Below, one piece after another: positions 39,328 to 52,300 of a DNA stretch of 64,000 nucleotides; the first letter of the stretch is position 1; each line of letters starts with the position of its first letter. The DNA comes from Tubiluchus corallicola (lineage: Eukaryota > Animalia > Priapulida): assembly GCA_030141605.1 (NCBI GenBank), contig JAQGDQ010000005.1, positions 248,001 to 312,000 of the forward strand. The letters run 5' to 3'. A model generated the notes under the pieces. That model saw only the letters and a list, made by a program, of their open reading frames with translations, ran no database searches and was not told where the DNA came from. The position numbers and the translations under genes were made by a program.

Positions 39328-40017
39328 CTTTTGTACTTTGGCTAATTGGACCTTTGTGAATCTATGTAAATAAAAATCCCAAACTTTGAGACAACATTAG
39401 TGTTAGACGTCTTAATAAATATTGTCTTACAGGAATTAGTAGTGCAATAAAGAATAACTGAAATATAAACGGGATACTTAATTATAGCCTCCAAGAAAAG
39501 TTTATACAATTATTACAAGTTTTTCAAAATTTTACACACAAAACGTTTGTTGAATAAAAAACAAAGAATTAAATTTGCAGCACTTAATAGAAAAAAGGTC
39601 ACTTAAAGGCAATGAAAATAGCAATGAGAATCATAACTTTCATTTTTATATGCCTATAGCAAAGTGTCCTTATACTCTCTAATCATAATTATATGAAAAC
39701 AACTTTTGCAACAACAGATTAAGTTCCGTAAAGCAAAATGTCAAATTTTTTAAGCTTGCGAAAAGGTAGCCCACAAATATTGAAAAATGAAAATGTAGAC
39801 TAGATGATACCATTAATTGAAAATCCGAGAACTGTAATTTGCCATTTGCTCACATATAGCATTGAAAAAACTGCAACTGCAAGACTTAATGTATTACTTT
39901 TACCGATTATAAAAAATATCCAGCTGTCGTATTTATGACTATAGAGTTATGTGTACGTAATTATAATGTTTCTTATGATTTTCGCACCGTGATTTCCATG
40001 AATCTTGAGAATAAACG

Positions 40018-40030
40018 GTTACCTAGAAAC
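40018..40030. promoter_or_regulatory. RFX X-box
   Basis: GTTACCTAGAAAC (reverse complement GTTTCTAGGTAAC) fits the 13-bp X-box with a perfect RGYAAC half-site, upstream of a ciliary gene. Confidence 0.65.
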
Positions 40031-40044
40031 GAAGCTGTCCTGTG

Positions 40045-40096
40045 ATTGGACAACTCCTGATGAGTGTTCATGCACATGACCTACGTGTCGCACGTG
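40045..40096. promoter_or_regulatory. CCAAT box plus MiT/TFE-type E-boxes (CLEAR/M-box-like)
   Basis: ATTGG at 40045-49, CACATGAC at 40073-80 (reverse complement GTCATGTG) and CACGTG at 40091-96. The two E-boxes lie 90-115 bp upstream of a lysosomal hydrolase ATG. Confidence 0.45.
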
Positions 40097-40186
40097 TACC
40101 ACGGATCTCCCAAACTTAGATACATCTATATGCTACGCTCTCAAATCCACCAGTCGGAATTGGAAAGAGTGAGATGTAGTTTAGGA

Positions 40187-43100
40187 ATGGCTGAAGAGTG
40201 TATCTCAAAGAATGCTGTGGTCGTAATTTCTCGTGCATTGTGCTTGTCGTACTTTTATTTAGTCGTTAAATTTGTTGCAGCTGATGCACCTGACAGTCTC
40301 AGATTAATCAATGTTGTAAGTTGTGTTATTCCAGATATCACGACGTAACGTTGTAGAGTCACTAAGAATGAAACTGAGACTACTGCCAGTTAAGCAGCCC
40401 AATAGTCTCATTCCCTCCAAATTGTAAATCCATTCCATCGGCTTTCTAGCACTTGTAATTAATAGTCAATACTCATCAGTTGTATTAATGAATTTCTATT
40501 ACAATTAAATTCTGTTATTTATTTGCTGTTGTAATTACTTTGATGTAATATTAATAATAGTAATTAATAAAGCTTATTGTTAGTAACTTGTGTACGTAAG
40601 CTGTCATATTTTAATACTTCTAAACAAGGTTTTTCTTTTTAATTTTTAGCTTAATTGGCTTAAAGCATTTTTAAATGAAATGCTTTTCTGTATACAGACA
40701 TAGATATAGATACAGTAATTTAGCTCTTCAAATGCACAATTACATGAAATAAGCAACAAATTCCTCTTGCAAAATTTGCATGAAAATAGAAAAGAAAAAG
40801 AACAGTACACTTCACTTAGTAAATCCTCCTTGGTGCAAAGCTAAATTGATTTATTAAGTGGCTGGTTTTATGAACTGAAGAAACCTATTACCTAGCATTT
40901 TCTATGTTATTACAATGTGTTTATTTATAAAGCGTATACTCTTATCACTGTAGTGGCTTTGCTGTGCACAAGCTGGGTTTATAAAACAAAGTTTGGATTT
41001 AATAAATGACAGATTTTACTTGGTTAAAGCATTATAAGTTCCATTCCAGCCATAATGACCACAATAAGGGCTGGATTTATTACCCATGGATTTACTAAGC
41101 AACTTTTGCAAGAGAAAGGGTGGCTAAAAATGAGCAAGTCATTGAGTCAGCCAGCTTTCTCAGATTAATATAATGGAAATTGTAGACACCGCAGAATTAA
41201 TGGAAAAAACAATAAGTTGAATAAAAAAGATGATAACAGAAAATGAAGAAAAAGTTAACAAAATGTACAATATATACTTTGTAATTAGACCTACATAACA
41301 AGAAAATATAACTATAATCTACTATATAGATTATAATCATATAATAAGCAAGAACTTGAATATTTTCAAGATAAATGATGTCAATAATAGCATTAATTAA
41401 TTGTTAAATTTGTTACCATGTAGGTGAAGAAGTTTCACTGGTTTGTGTGTGTATGTGTTCGTTTATCCAAGAAATTCCAACAGTTTGTGATGCACCTGAG
41501 TCAGGTGGCTTGACGACTGGCTCTTTTAATGTTTATCAAAGCTATTAATTTAGATACTGAGCTTTTTATCTTTAACTTAGGTCCTTTGATAAACTAATCA
41601 ATAGTGGACCTGTAATATGCTCATTGTGTAACCAAGTAGGTCTACCAGGTTTGTTAATTGGCTTTAAACAAATTTTGATATGGAGTTTTGCTAGTATTTT
41701 TCAATTTCGTTTAGTTATACAGACATGGAGACCGAAGCCCTACTTATAATTTGAAAATGCCTAAAGATCCTCATACGGAAGAGTCATGGCCGCAAGGCTG
41801 GGGACAACTTACCAAGGTTAATGATGTTTAGTTTTTTTACTGCATCCTTGCATAATGCATATGTTGTACAATTTATGAAATAGTCTGCAATGTCATTGCT
41901 TGTAAATGTAAATCTGATAATTACCACTTTTCAATACGAAAAAGTAGCACATGTGGTTATAGTGCCGGCTCTATTAATTACGAGTTGTGAAATTGCTACA
42001 AAGTAATACGTCATATACAAGATTTACTATTTGCATGGAGACAAACTAGACCTTTTGCTTGATTCTTAGTGTAAATCCTAAGCAAAAAAATTAAAGGGTA
42101 AGTCGTCCTCTGTTTTTTCACAGTAGGTGCATTCTGTTTTTGATATTTCTTTTATATTATTGCCAACAAATTCTATGAATTTTTATTGCTAGAATGTTAA
42201 ACGTGCAATGTGGATGACTATGCTCAAATCAACTTTGTAATCATTTCAGCTGCATTGTCAGGTAACTGTTTATTTTGAAGACAGGTGTAGGATTAAACCA
42301 GAATTTGGGCTGGTTTTTAATTAAAAGAAATAAATATCCTAAAAACATGGAGGCAGCCATGTCCAGACTCCAGGGCTAATTTGTAATGGTTAAAAACTTC
42401 AAACCTTAGTTTATTATTAAACTGAAAGAAAAATTAAGATGATATGACACAATATGATAATATTCATTATATTCCAATAATATTCTTATCAGATTATAAT
42501 TACAAAACATTCAAGCTTTATACTGCTTAATTGCATTATACTGTTTAATTGCAGTTGGGCATGAGAGATCAGTACAACTTGGGCCAATGGCTACGAAGAA
42601 GATATAATGGCTTTCTAAACGAGACATATATTACAAAGGAGGTATAAAAGTCCAAAGCCTTATATTGTTTGCTTTGCTTTTATTTCAGCACTTAAATGAT
42701 ATTTGATTTTTGATGGTGAGAAGTTCTCGTTAACAAATTTTTGAGAAAAAGCTATTTAATTTTGTCAGTCACTTTAAAAAATAGTGAATTTAATTCTGTT
42801 GGTTTTATTATGACTTTGATTATGGCTTTCTAATTCACATGTTATTTTTAAAACTTAATGTGCATTTACACTTACAGTATTTTGCTGTATGATTTTAGTC
42901 ATTAAGATCAGTGACAAAAACTTTAAAAATTATTAATCTGCTAAGGGAATGACAATAGTTGCACTTATTGGTATTGCATTGTTGGGTTAGTTACTTACAA
43001 TAGGTCAATGTAGTATTACTACAAACACAATTTCTTTCCTGAAAAGTAGTGACGCTACCATCATAATTACTTTTTAAAATAAGTAGTTGTTGCAACTACA

Positions 43101-46100
43101 ATTACTTTGTGAAAGTTGCGCCATTACAATAGGGACTTCTTTCCCGTTTTGCAGAGATTTCTGACTTCTAAGCATTGTTGACATAGTTCATTACAAGGGA
43201 CTATTTGCAGGGGACACGTTAAAAGAATCAGTTAATAGAGAAAAGTAAATTATTAAATGGCACCTATAGAAACCCAAGTACAAACAAATTGAACCAAACT
43301 GTATCAAGGTTCTAACTAAGCAGTTCATCCTTGATTATAAACAGTCACTTGCTGGTCATTCATACATTGCCGACATAATAGTAAATTATTCATTACAATA
43401 TTATTTATGATTAAGACACTTTACTATTTTATGACATGTGATAAATTACTAATTTTAGTAGCTAACACTGGAGCTTGGTATATGCTTTTATAGTAAAATA
43501 TCACTGAGTGACAAGGAAAAACAAGATTAATATACTACACATTGTAATTGTAGTAGCTCCTCTAGAAAGGGTTCACAAAGGGTTTGTAGAATAGACGAGC
43601 TCACATACTTGAAAGTGCAAACTATTTACAGCCAAAATGCTCTTTCTACATAGCTCAAACCTTGTGTTCCAGATGGTTTTAAGAGAAAGCGAAAAAATGT
43701 GATTAATATATTTTTGGGAATAACAACATTTGCTTCCTTTCTCTGAATTGTTATAGTAACCAGCAGTTTATGCATCTTAGAAAAGAAAGCATGACTCTAA
43801 GTGAAACATCCATTATTCATTGTTGGACAAGAACAGAAGTCAACGGTCAAAATGCCCAAAACTTTACTCCTTACAATTTCTATGCTAAAGCTGACTCCGA
43901 AATAAGGTTACAATCCTATGAGCCTAGCTTCAGTTACAACACTCGCCCCACATTGGTATAGTATTTACCATTTATTACATAATACTGCAGTTTTATTCAC
44001 CAGGGTTAATTAACCTGAATATGGTAAAGGCTTCGTAATGGCCTGTGTTATTGCTGTATTACTGTATTATTTTTAAAGTAAACAGTGCATTAATAATGAG
44101 AAAAAAGTGTTTTAGTCAGATTTGTGTACAGTTTTATTTAATATATTGATTTACTACCAGTTTTTGAAATACCTGATGTTTCTTATTTGACCATTTGTTA
44201 TGAACTTTTTTGTGAATGGTTGGGTAACTGACTCAATTTAAGCTTATACAGTTCTTTGTCCCTTTTATTATAAATTAACTACTATTTATTTATTTTTTGT
44301 ATTTTAGCAAAAAAGTAAAAAAAATTAAGCAATGCAAACATAGTGGGTCTTGGAAATGCATTTTTGCAACAATAAGCATGTGTGTTTTCTTTAGAATTGC
44401 TAGGAATGCTTTGCATGAGTTTTTGCTTTCTTCCGCTCTTACCATTCAGCAAAGTTTTTAGATTTGCACAGCTGTAAGCTAAATTTAGTGCAAAACAGGA
44501 TCAGCTTGGCTTCACTTTTCTGGGCCAGTAAAAGCATGTTAGTGACGTAGCTTAGTTTGTGGGAATACTTTGCTCTATAAGTTGTTTTTAAGCATATCAA
44601 TTGCTACTCACCTACTTTTTGCAGTGTGCTTCTTGTTTGACAGATCATGACTAAAAAAGTCTGCAAATTAACTGTATTTGAACTGCAGCCTGTCGTACAT
44701 TTTACAGTTTTTTTAAATAATGATTTAACATAATTTGTTTAACGTTTTTTCATTAACACCTAATAATATTATAATATATTTACTCAGCTCAGTTGTACAT
44801 AATTATACACATATAAATAAAGCAAAAAATTATTTTCTTTACTATGTACAATATTATAATTATGAGAGTATTATAATTATAATATCACTGAGACTAGAGA
44901 TTATTAATTTTCATTGACTAAATTGATTGCATCATCACTCAGGCAGTCAGTTGAAAAGTTAACTAATCAACATTTTGATGCATTGACAAACACTGAAATT
45001 AGTAATAGAAACCATGGTTCTAGATTTATACACCTGAGTGTTTTTAGTGAGCAATTCTATTTTATTTCTAGGTATATGTCAGAAGTACTGATCTGGACAG
45101 GACACTTATGAGTGCCTACAGTAATCTGGCTGGATTATATGAGCCACTACAATCTCAATTATGGAATTCCAACATCACATGGCAGCCTATTCCAGTGCAC
45201 ACGACACAGCAAAGTATAGATTGGGTAACTTGATTCACCAATCGAACAAAGATTAAGTGTGGCACACGTCGGACACGGGTTGAAATCCAATGTGGTTCCT
45301 ATTTTTCACATCTTTTTCTCAAAGAAATTAACTCTAAGTTAATTGTTATAAATGTCACAGACTTTCAACAACCTATTAGGCTTGTTACTTACTGCACTAC
45401 AGTTCTCTTAGGCAGAATTATAGGCTTGAGACACTTATTAAAGTATTTCTAACAAATTTTTAACACAGAAAGTTTTGCTGCATCTTGAATATTCGCATGC
45501 TGCTTTATAAAATTATACTTTATCATGGTATATGTCACTTCAGTTCCTAAGAATATATACGTTTCATCATGCAATTTCAATTCTGTTTTAGTTAAATGTG
45601 ACTGTTTTAGAATGTGAACATTATCACTTATTAATCCATTAGACATAACTTATGTTGCTATTGCTTGATGGGAACATTAAATAGTAATTTTTCTGTGTAG
45701 AAATATCCTGCAAGATATATAATATTGTATGTTGTTCTAGGGTACTTTGGCATCAGGTTGTAAATTTTTCTCTCTTTTTCAGTTGATGCATTCAGTTTGT
45801 CCAAAATATGATGAACTTTTGGATGAAGTGAGAGCTAGTGATGAATTTCTTGCTGTGCAAAATAATAATTTGGTATTGTTATTTTTTTATGAAAATGACG
45901 ATAATTAACTGCTAGGCACTTATTATCAAAATGGTCAATAATTATTTTAATGTGTTTATATACTCATGTATTTAGCTGCATGTTTGCATTTGTAAAGAGT
46001 TCCTTTAATATTTTAAGGTCACAGATCAATTGATCGCCACTTATCTGTTCATTTTGTTTTATCAACTTGTCATCGTTTTGTCATTGTATTTGCATGTATA

Positions 46101-49100
46101 TTTTGCATATCCTTCCTTGTCTGCAAAACCTTGAGAAAAACGGTTTTGTACATTTTTACAAACTTTTTTTGCATTCTAGGAACTTTTCAAAAAGTTGAGT
46201 ATGGAAACTGGTGCACATATCAATCTTTCAAACGTGTGGTCGGTGCTTGACACTTTCTTTTGTGAGGTAACCGCATTATAAACCCTAAAAATAAAATTGC
46301 AGTACTTGCTTTTAGTGTCACCATGAATCATTTTGAAACTTTTTTGAAGACATGGACAGAAACTTTTCAAGCACTTTGTTCGTAACTGATGCGTAATTGA
46401 AGTGGTTTTGTGTAACTAGTTTGTCACTTTAATTTGTTCTACAGTTTTATTTTAAATTCACTAACAAATAATGGGTTATACAGAAACAGCACAACAAGTC
46501 ACAGCCAGATTGGCTGGACAGTAAGATGTTTGCCAAGTTGGAGGAGCTCAGTGATCTTGTCATGGATTTTGATTTCAAGCTGCCTGAGATGGCAAAACTA
46601 AAAGGAGGTATATAAGATATAACTTAAAAATCAGTAAGTTGGTTTTCAACTGTGCCTGTGCAGTTTTCTTACTGTTGACCAATGTGCACCTCACTGTACT
46701 TTTGGGATTCTTAAAATGTTAAAGATTTTTTACTACAGCTTGTGGAATTGGTGTTTTTGCTGTAATTATTAGACTGACAGAGAAAAATTTGCACAGAAAT
46801 GAACCTAGAAGCTTTTGATTTCTGATCAGACATTGTAATTTTTCATTGTTCAAGGAGTAGTAACGTTAAAGTCCTCCATACAGTAAGCTGTATTGTTTGC
46901 CACAAGTCAACTGTCCATACAAATTCCGCACTATAACCTGACCATGTCTGCCACAAGTTAAATGTTCACACGAATTGTACACCCATAGCTTAACCATGAC
47001 TAAGTTTCTTGGAAATGATATATCGTAGTTCATTGTCTGATAATCGGAATTATGATGTAATAGATCGTTTGTTAGATATTGGCAAAATGCTTCGAGTTTC
47101 TTGAAACTTGCACAGATATGACACAGCTGGTAATTGGTGATCTAACCCATTCTCTAGTAGGATGGACTTGGATACATTACCCTTTTTGGAAGCATCTTTT
47201 GTCAAGACCTTTTTCCAAATCGACAAGCATGACAGTGAATTCATAACATAAATGATTGTGTCATTGCATTATGTTCCCAGACGGGGCACCTGTAGCAAAC
47301 CATTTCACAACGCCTATGTAGCCATTGAATAATCATTTCATGAAAAAAAATTTTTGCAGGTCCACTATTAGGAGAAGTTATTAATCATTTGATTTTAAAA
47401 AAGAATGGCAAACTTGATCAAAGAATTTTTATGTATTCTGGGGTAAGTGACTGTTTATTTATTTGAGAAGGCTGAGCAAAGTTCTGCAGCAGCAGCTGTG
47501 TCAGCACATAGTTATAAATTTCATTGCATGCTCAATATTGCATTACTTCTTTTATGCTTTTTACTTTAACGACATCTGAGATCGTTTTATACGTTCTTAT
47601 GTGGCATGTTTAATGTGCAACTCGTGGTCGAGCCAGTAAATAACACAAAACATTATAGCTGCAGCTTACTTAAAGTTTTTTTATAATATGTAATAATATA
47701 CGTCTGAGTACCTAGAAACATTCGTTATTGTCATACTCAACTATATTCAGATACTTGCTATGAATTTCTGTCTTTTAGCATGACACCACTGTAGCTCCAT
47801 TTCTGAAAGCCTTGGGTGTTTATAATCATAGAATACCTCCATATGCTGCTTGTGTTATGGTTGAACTACATGAAAATTCTACTGGAAATTATTTTGTAAA
47901 GGTATGTTAATGGAAATATAAGTCTAGATTGGTTTCCAGAGAATTAATGTTAATCGTTGTGGCAAGACTGGAATCTAGCTCATTATCAAGGATAATCTAC
48001 TAAGCTCATACAATAAACCTGTAGATGTATCTCAGCTATATACATGTTGTTCCAATAAGTAATAATTGTCTCAATGAGGCAAACAGCCAGTGGTGAATGA
48101 AACCACCCAGGGCGAGTATTGAACATCACTGTTACACATCCATTCACTGACCAGCCTTAGGCTTAACTTGGTCGCTGTTGTATCTTTTGCATGGGCAAAC
48201 AGCATATAAGAATATGAATGTAAAGCTACAAGATGGCTATTTAGCTTCTATATTTTACTACTGACAGTCGCAGAACTTCTTGCAAGCAAGTACATGCGCT
48301 ATCAGTATATTAGCCCATCTATGATTCCTACTTAACACCATGGTTGTTCCACTCACCCTGTTTAAGTTGACCCAATCTTGTTACTAATAACTTTACTGCT
48401 GTTCAGAAAAAATCGATAAAAGTCACAAACGTTCCTTTCGTTCAGTGATTTCTAAGGCTCTAACCTTGTTCTTTACACATGGTTGAACAAGTAAGGTTAT
48501 TAGACTTAGGGAAGACACTAGTTACAATATCAGGTTACAATTTGTTTATAATTGCAGTGAACAGTGATCCTCAAACGTGCAACACTTGTAGTGATCCAAC
48601 TAACAAGCCGTAATCTTCTGCAAATCCTATAACAGGATAAAACTTATAAAAATCTTGACCATATTTTAGGTTTTATATCGAAATAGTTCACTGTTTGATG
48701 GAGATGATAGTTCATATCTGCATGATCTCACAAGTTTCCTGCCAGGTTGTACTGAAGTTGCAGAATGTCCCCTTGATATATTCATAAGCCACCATAAAAA
48801 TATGATACCAGAGGATATAGAGAAAGAATGTCAGGTGAAAGGCATGCTGAATACAATAGTAGACAGTATTAATCCTACTAACGGTGAGTCATGTTGGACA
48901 TTTTGCTTTTCTTGTTTAAACTAATGCACTTAGTGATTTAGTACGTGTCATGTGTGCAGTGTTTCAAACCAGAAGTGAGAATTTATTCATTATCAGTGTT
49001 TTTTTACACGATAACAAACTGCGTAAGTTCAGGTTCTCAAACAGAACTTGTTACATTTCCCATTATGTTTCCCTCAAATGGGTAGTATCTTACACATGTT

Positions 49101-51444
49101 TGTTGCTATCATTTTTAATATGAATAAATTATGTTGGCTAGCTTTTTGTGCTTTATAAACAGCGACTAAAACACAATTAAAAGGTGGTTTAACAAACCCT
49201 TTTCTTAATTAACTTTTAACTTCAAGTTTATAAGTTGATAAATATAAACAAGTTGCCCAGTGGGCACCCGACATCTGTAGATGGCACACAGACATTTGAT
49301 TTAGGTCAGCCAAAATCCAATCAAACTCCAAAATCAAATTTTATTGTCTAGTCACTGTCAGTTTTTGACGTCTAATAGATGTAGTGTTTAAGTTAGAATA
49401 TGTCGCATTCTATGGACGTTTTGATACGTCAAAATCTGATTTTGTAAAAACTGCTACACACAACAAGCTCTAACCAAAATTCAATGTAGGATCTGACATC
49501 ACTTAGATGTCCTCATAACCGAAAATGAATGGTTTGCAAGAACTTGTTCACGAGTTAGCAAATTCACTGTGTTTTTTGTGTGATTTCTTATGCTTGCTAT
49601 CAGTGATTATCAATGCTGTCTTTAAAATGTTAAAGCTACCACAATTTTTTTTAGCAGCAGTTTTCACCAAATCTGATTTTTGTCATAATCTCTGCTGTTG
49701 ATGTAGGAAATTTGATAAATTTCTATTTTATTTTTTTCCCACACCTATTGAGTTTCCCAGCATGGTTTTATAAGACTCATAGTTCTTCACAATAGATGTT
49801 TTTTGTGCTTGACTTCCTGTTGATACTCATTCTTAGATTAAAATCCTTATGTAATATGTAAGATATATAATCCAAACTTGTTTGATTATTTTTGTTAAAT
49901 ACTGAAACATATTTCGTGTTGAAAACAGGGATATTACAAAAAGTACTGTACCTTTTGAACAGTTCTTACACAATTTCATTACCTTTAGAAACCAAAAAAA
50001 CCACTATTTTTCATTTTTATTTTACATTTTCTGAAATACAATGAGCACCTTATTTTTTAGCTACACTCAACCTTAATTTTTAGCTACACTCAATGACAAT
50101 AGCTGTTTGTTTTTTAGATTTGGTTTGATAATCAAAACTGGTGTTTTGACAACGGAATCATGGCATTTTAAATTGTTAGTGCTTAATAAGTCATCACTAG
50201 TAGCCACTGCTATTCCCGTAGGTGTCACAACTATTACACAATTGCGTAGATGTGGACCCATTGAAGCCATTGTACTCATTTTGTCCTCATTCTGAAACCA
50301 TTAGCTAGATTTTTTAGCCTATTGCAAGCCAAACACTTGTTAAAAAAATCCTTAAAGCATAAGAAAACCCTTTACTTGCAAAAAGCTAGAAAGTTTTATG
50401 CCACATATATACTACCTTATTGTGCAGAGCTTGCATTAGTTGCATTAGTATAAAACTTGAAAATCTAAACTCCTGCAATGACCGTTAAGTACCGCCATTC
50501 TGACGATAGGTTGTTTGAAACAAGTTTAAGTAACATTGCACAAAGTTTGAAAAAATAATCAGAGCATTCGTAGTGCATGCTTCGCAAGCAAAGCAAAAGT
50601 TTAAATTACTTTTCATTGTCAAAAAAGATAAAATGTGTTTTTTGGTGAGTCAGTAGTGCACACTAAGAAGGTCACCAGGTGGTGCAAACATTTTAAATTA
50701 CTATTTTCTTTTTTAGTACATAAATCTTTCGAGCAGGTACTCATAATGCTAAGTACTATAACTCTGAGTGGAAAGTTTTCTGGAGCATCCCTTTTCTTCC
50801 CATTTAACTGAATGCTTTGGTAACCTTCCCAATTTTCACAGCATTCTCTGTTTATTACGTTGCTATTTCTCGATTGGTATATTTGTGTAATGTTTCATCC
50901 CACTGAGATGTCTGGAATTAGTAGCAAGACAGCTCTTTTGTTTTGATTGGAAATACAGTAAGAAGCAAAACATAAAATTTGAAACACATCCAGAAGAAAA
51001 AATACCAATCCTATTTTTGTTTGAGAGTAATAATAGATAACTAGTTTTTGAATTGACACGGCTGACTCATTCATTTGCATTCTGTGCCAACTATTTGGCC
51101 ACGCCATGTTGCGCGATCAGATTAATTTAGTGTAGCTCATTGTTATTATTTGTGTAAAATAGTACATAAACTTTTTTACTCCCCTAAACTTGCTTGCTAG
51201 CTGGTGTCAAAGAGCTGGTATTTTCTTGTTGCATTTTAAAATGTTTGAAAACAATTTTCCATACTTTTTTGCAGTCGGACTAGCAGCTGTGATTATGTTT
51301 GTGTTCATTCTCATCATCATCATGATCGCCGTGATTGTCACTAAATACAAGCGCCGCAATGATGATTTTAGACGTTACACCATGTTTGACAGCGAACTAG
51401 GAAACGAAGAGTCAGCATTTATTAACAGTGATGATGCTAACTAA
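40187..51444 (+). CDS. ACP2: Lysosomal/prostatic-type acid phosphatase, ACP2-like paralogue B; 11 coding exons, ~453 aa
   Basis: Exons: 40187-40315, 41715-41816, 42555-42641, 45072-45224, 45783-45872, 46180-46266, 46484-46607, 47360-47442, 47779-47901, 48670-48883, 51275-51444. All GT-AG, frame continuous. [47 protein letters not shown]|HD, PPYAAC, TM helix, tail with YTMF. Confidence 0.95.
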
Positions 51445-51804
51445 TCTCATACTGTGATATATAATCTTGTGTCTGAACCAGGAGATGATCAAATTTTAAA
51501 TTTATATCTGTTGAATTAATTATATTCAACTTTCTGTTATCAGTAATGCATAACAGTGGACAAGAATGTTCAGTTGTGTCCAAAATCAAATGTCCTGTTG
51601 CGCTATAAACTGCAAGTCAAGATAGGTAATATTGCTGCATCAAATTTTTTCTTTCTTGAAAGTTGATAAACTTGGTATCCAGTTTCATCAGAATTAAAGG
51701 CTTTTTTATAAGAAACCAGGGTATGGAAGCTTAATAATAAAAGCCTGATTTATAACTTGTTGTAAAATTCACTTATACTACTACTATAGGTAGGAGTCAA
51801 TATC

Positions 51805-52057
51805 AAACATTCGAGCTCGAACCAAATTTAATTCAAATGCGTTTTTTTAGTTTGAATTCGATTTGAACCTAAATTTATACATTTAAATAATTCAGTAGTT
51901 CAACCACATATATTCTTTATCATTAAAATGTTTGGAACATCGTGCAATTAGGACAATTTAGATACGATTTAGTACAATTTTAAAGCAAAGTACTTGTGGT
52001 TTTACTGGAACAAAATGGAGTAATATGCATGATTTTTACAAGACCGCTTCTTACTGG
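51805..52057. mobile_element. Dispersed MITE-like repeat, copy 2
   Basis: Inverted homologue of 38231-38433. Confidence 0.7.
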
Positions 52058-52300
52058 CACACGGAGCACTTGCCTGGGGCCCACAAGCTTAGGGGCCCTG
52101 TAGTAATCTAGGTATGTTGTGACTTGCTATCAATAAATAAATACTGTGCTATGTTATACTGGAAATACCGATGCAATAAGTATATATTATGTTTAATTTT
52201 ATTGACCACGTACAGTTTTAGTCATGTGAGTGGTTGTGTAGCTGGGGACCCCAGTGCACTGCTTTGCCCGTGGGCCATTAATGTTGCTAGAACAGCTTGT
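52058..52300. mobile_element. Degraded hAT-type MITE remnant
   Basis: GC-rich ends gcacttgcctggggccc..ggggccc and ggggaccccagtgcactgctttgcccgtgggcc flank an AT-rich core, like common GGGGCCCC-rich MITEs. Confidence 0.4.
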
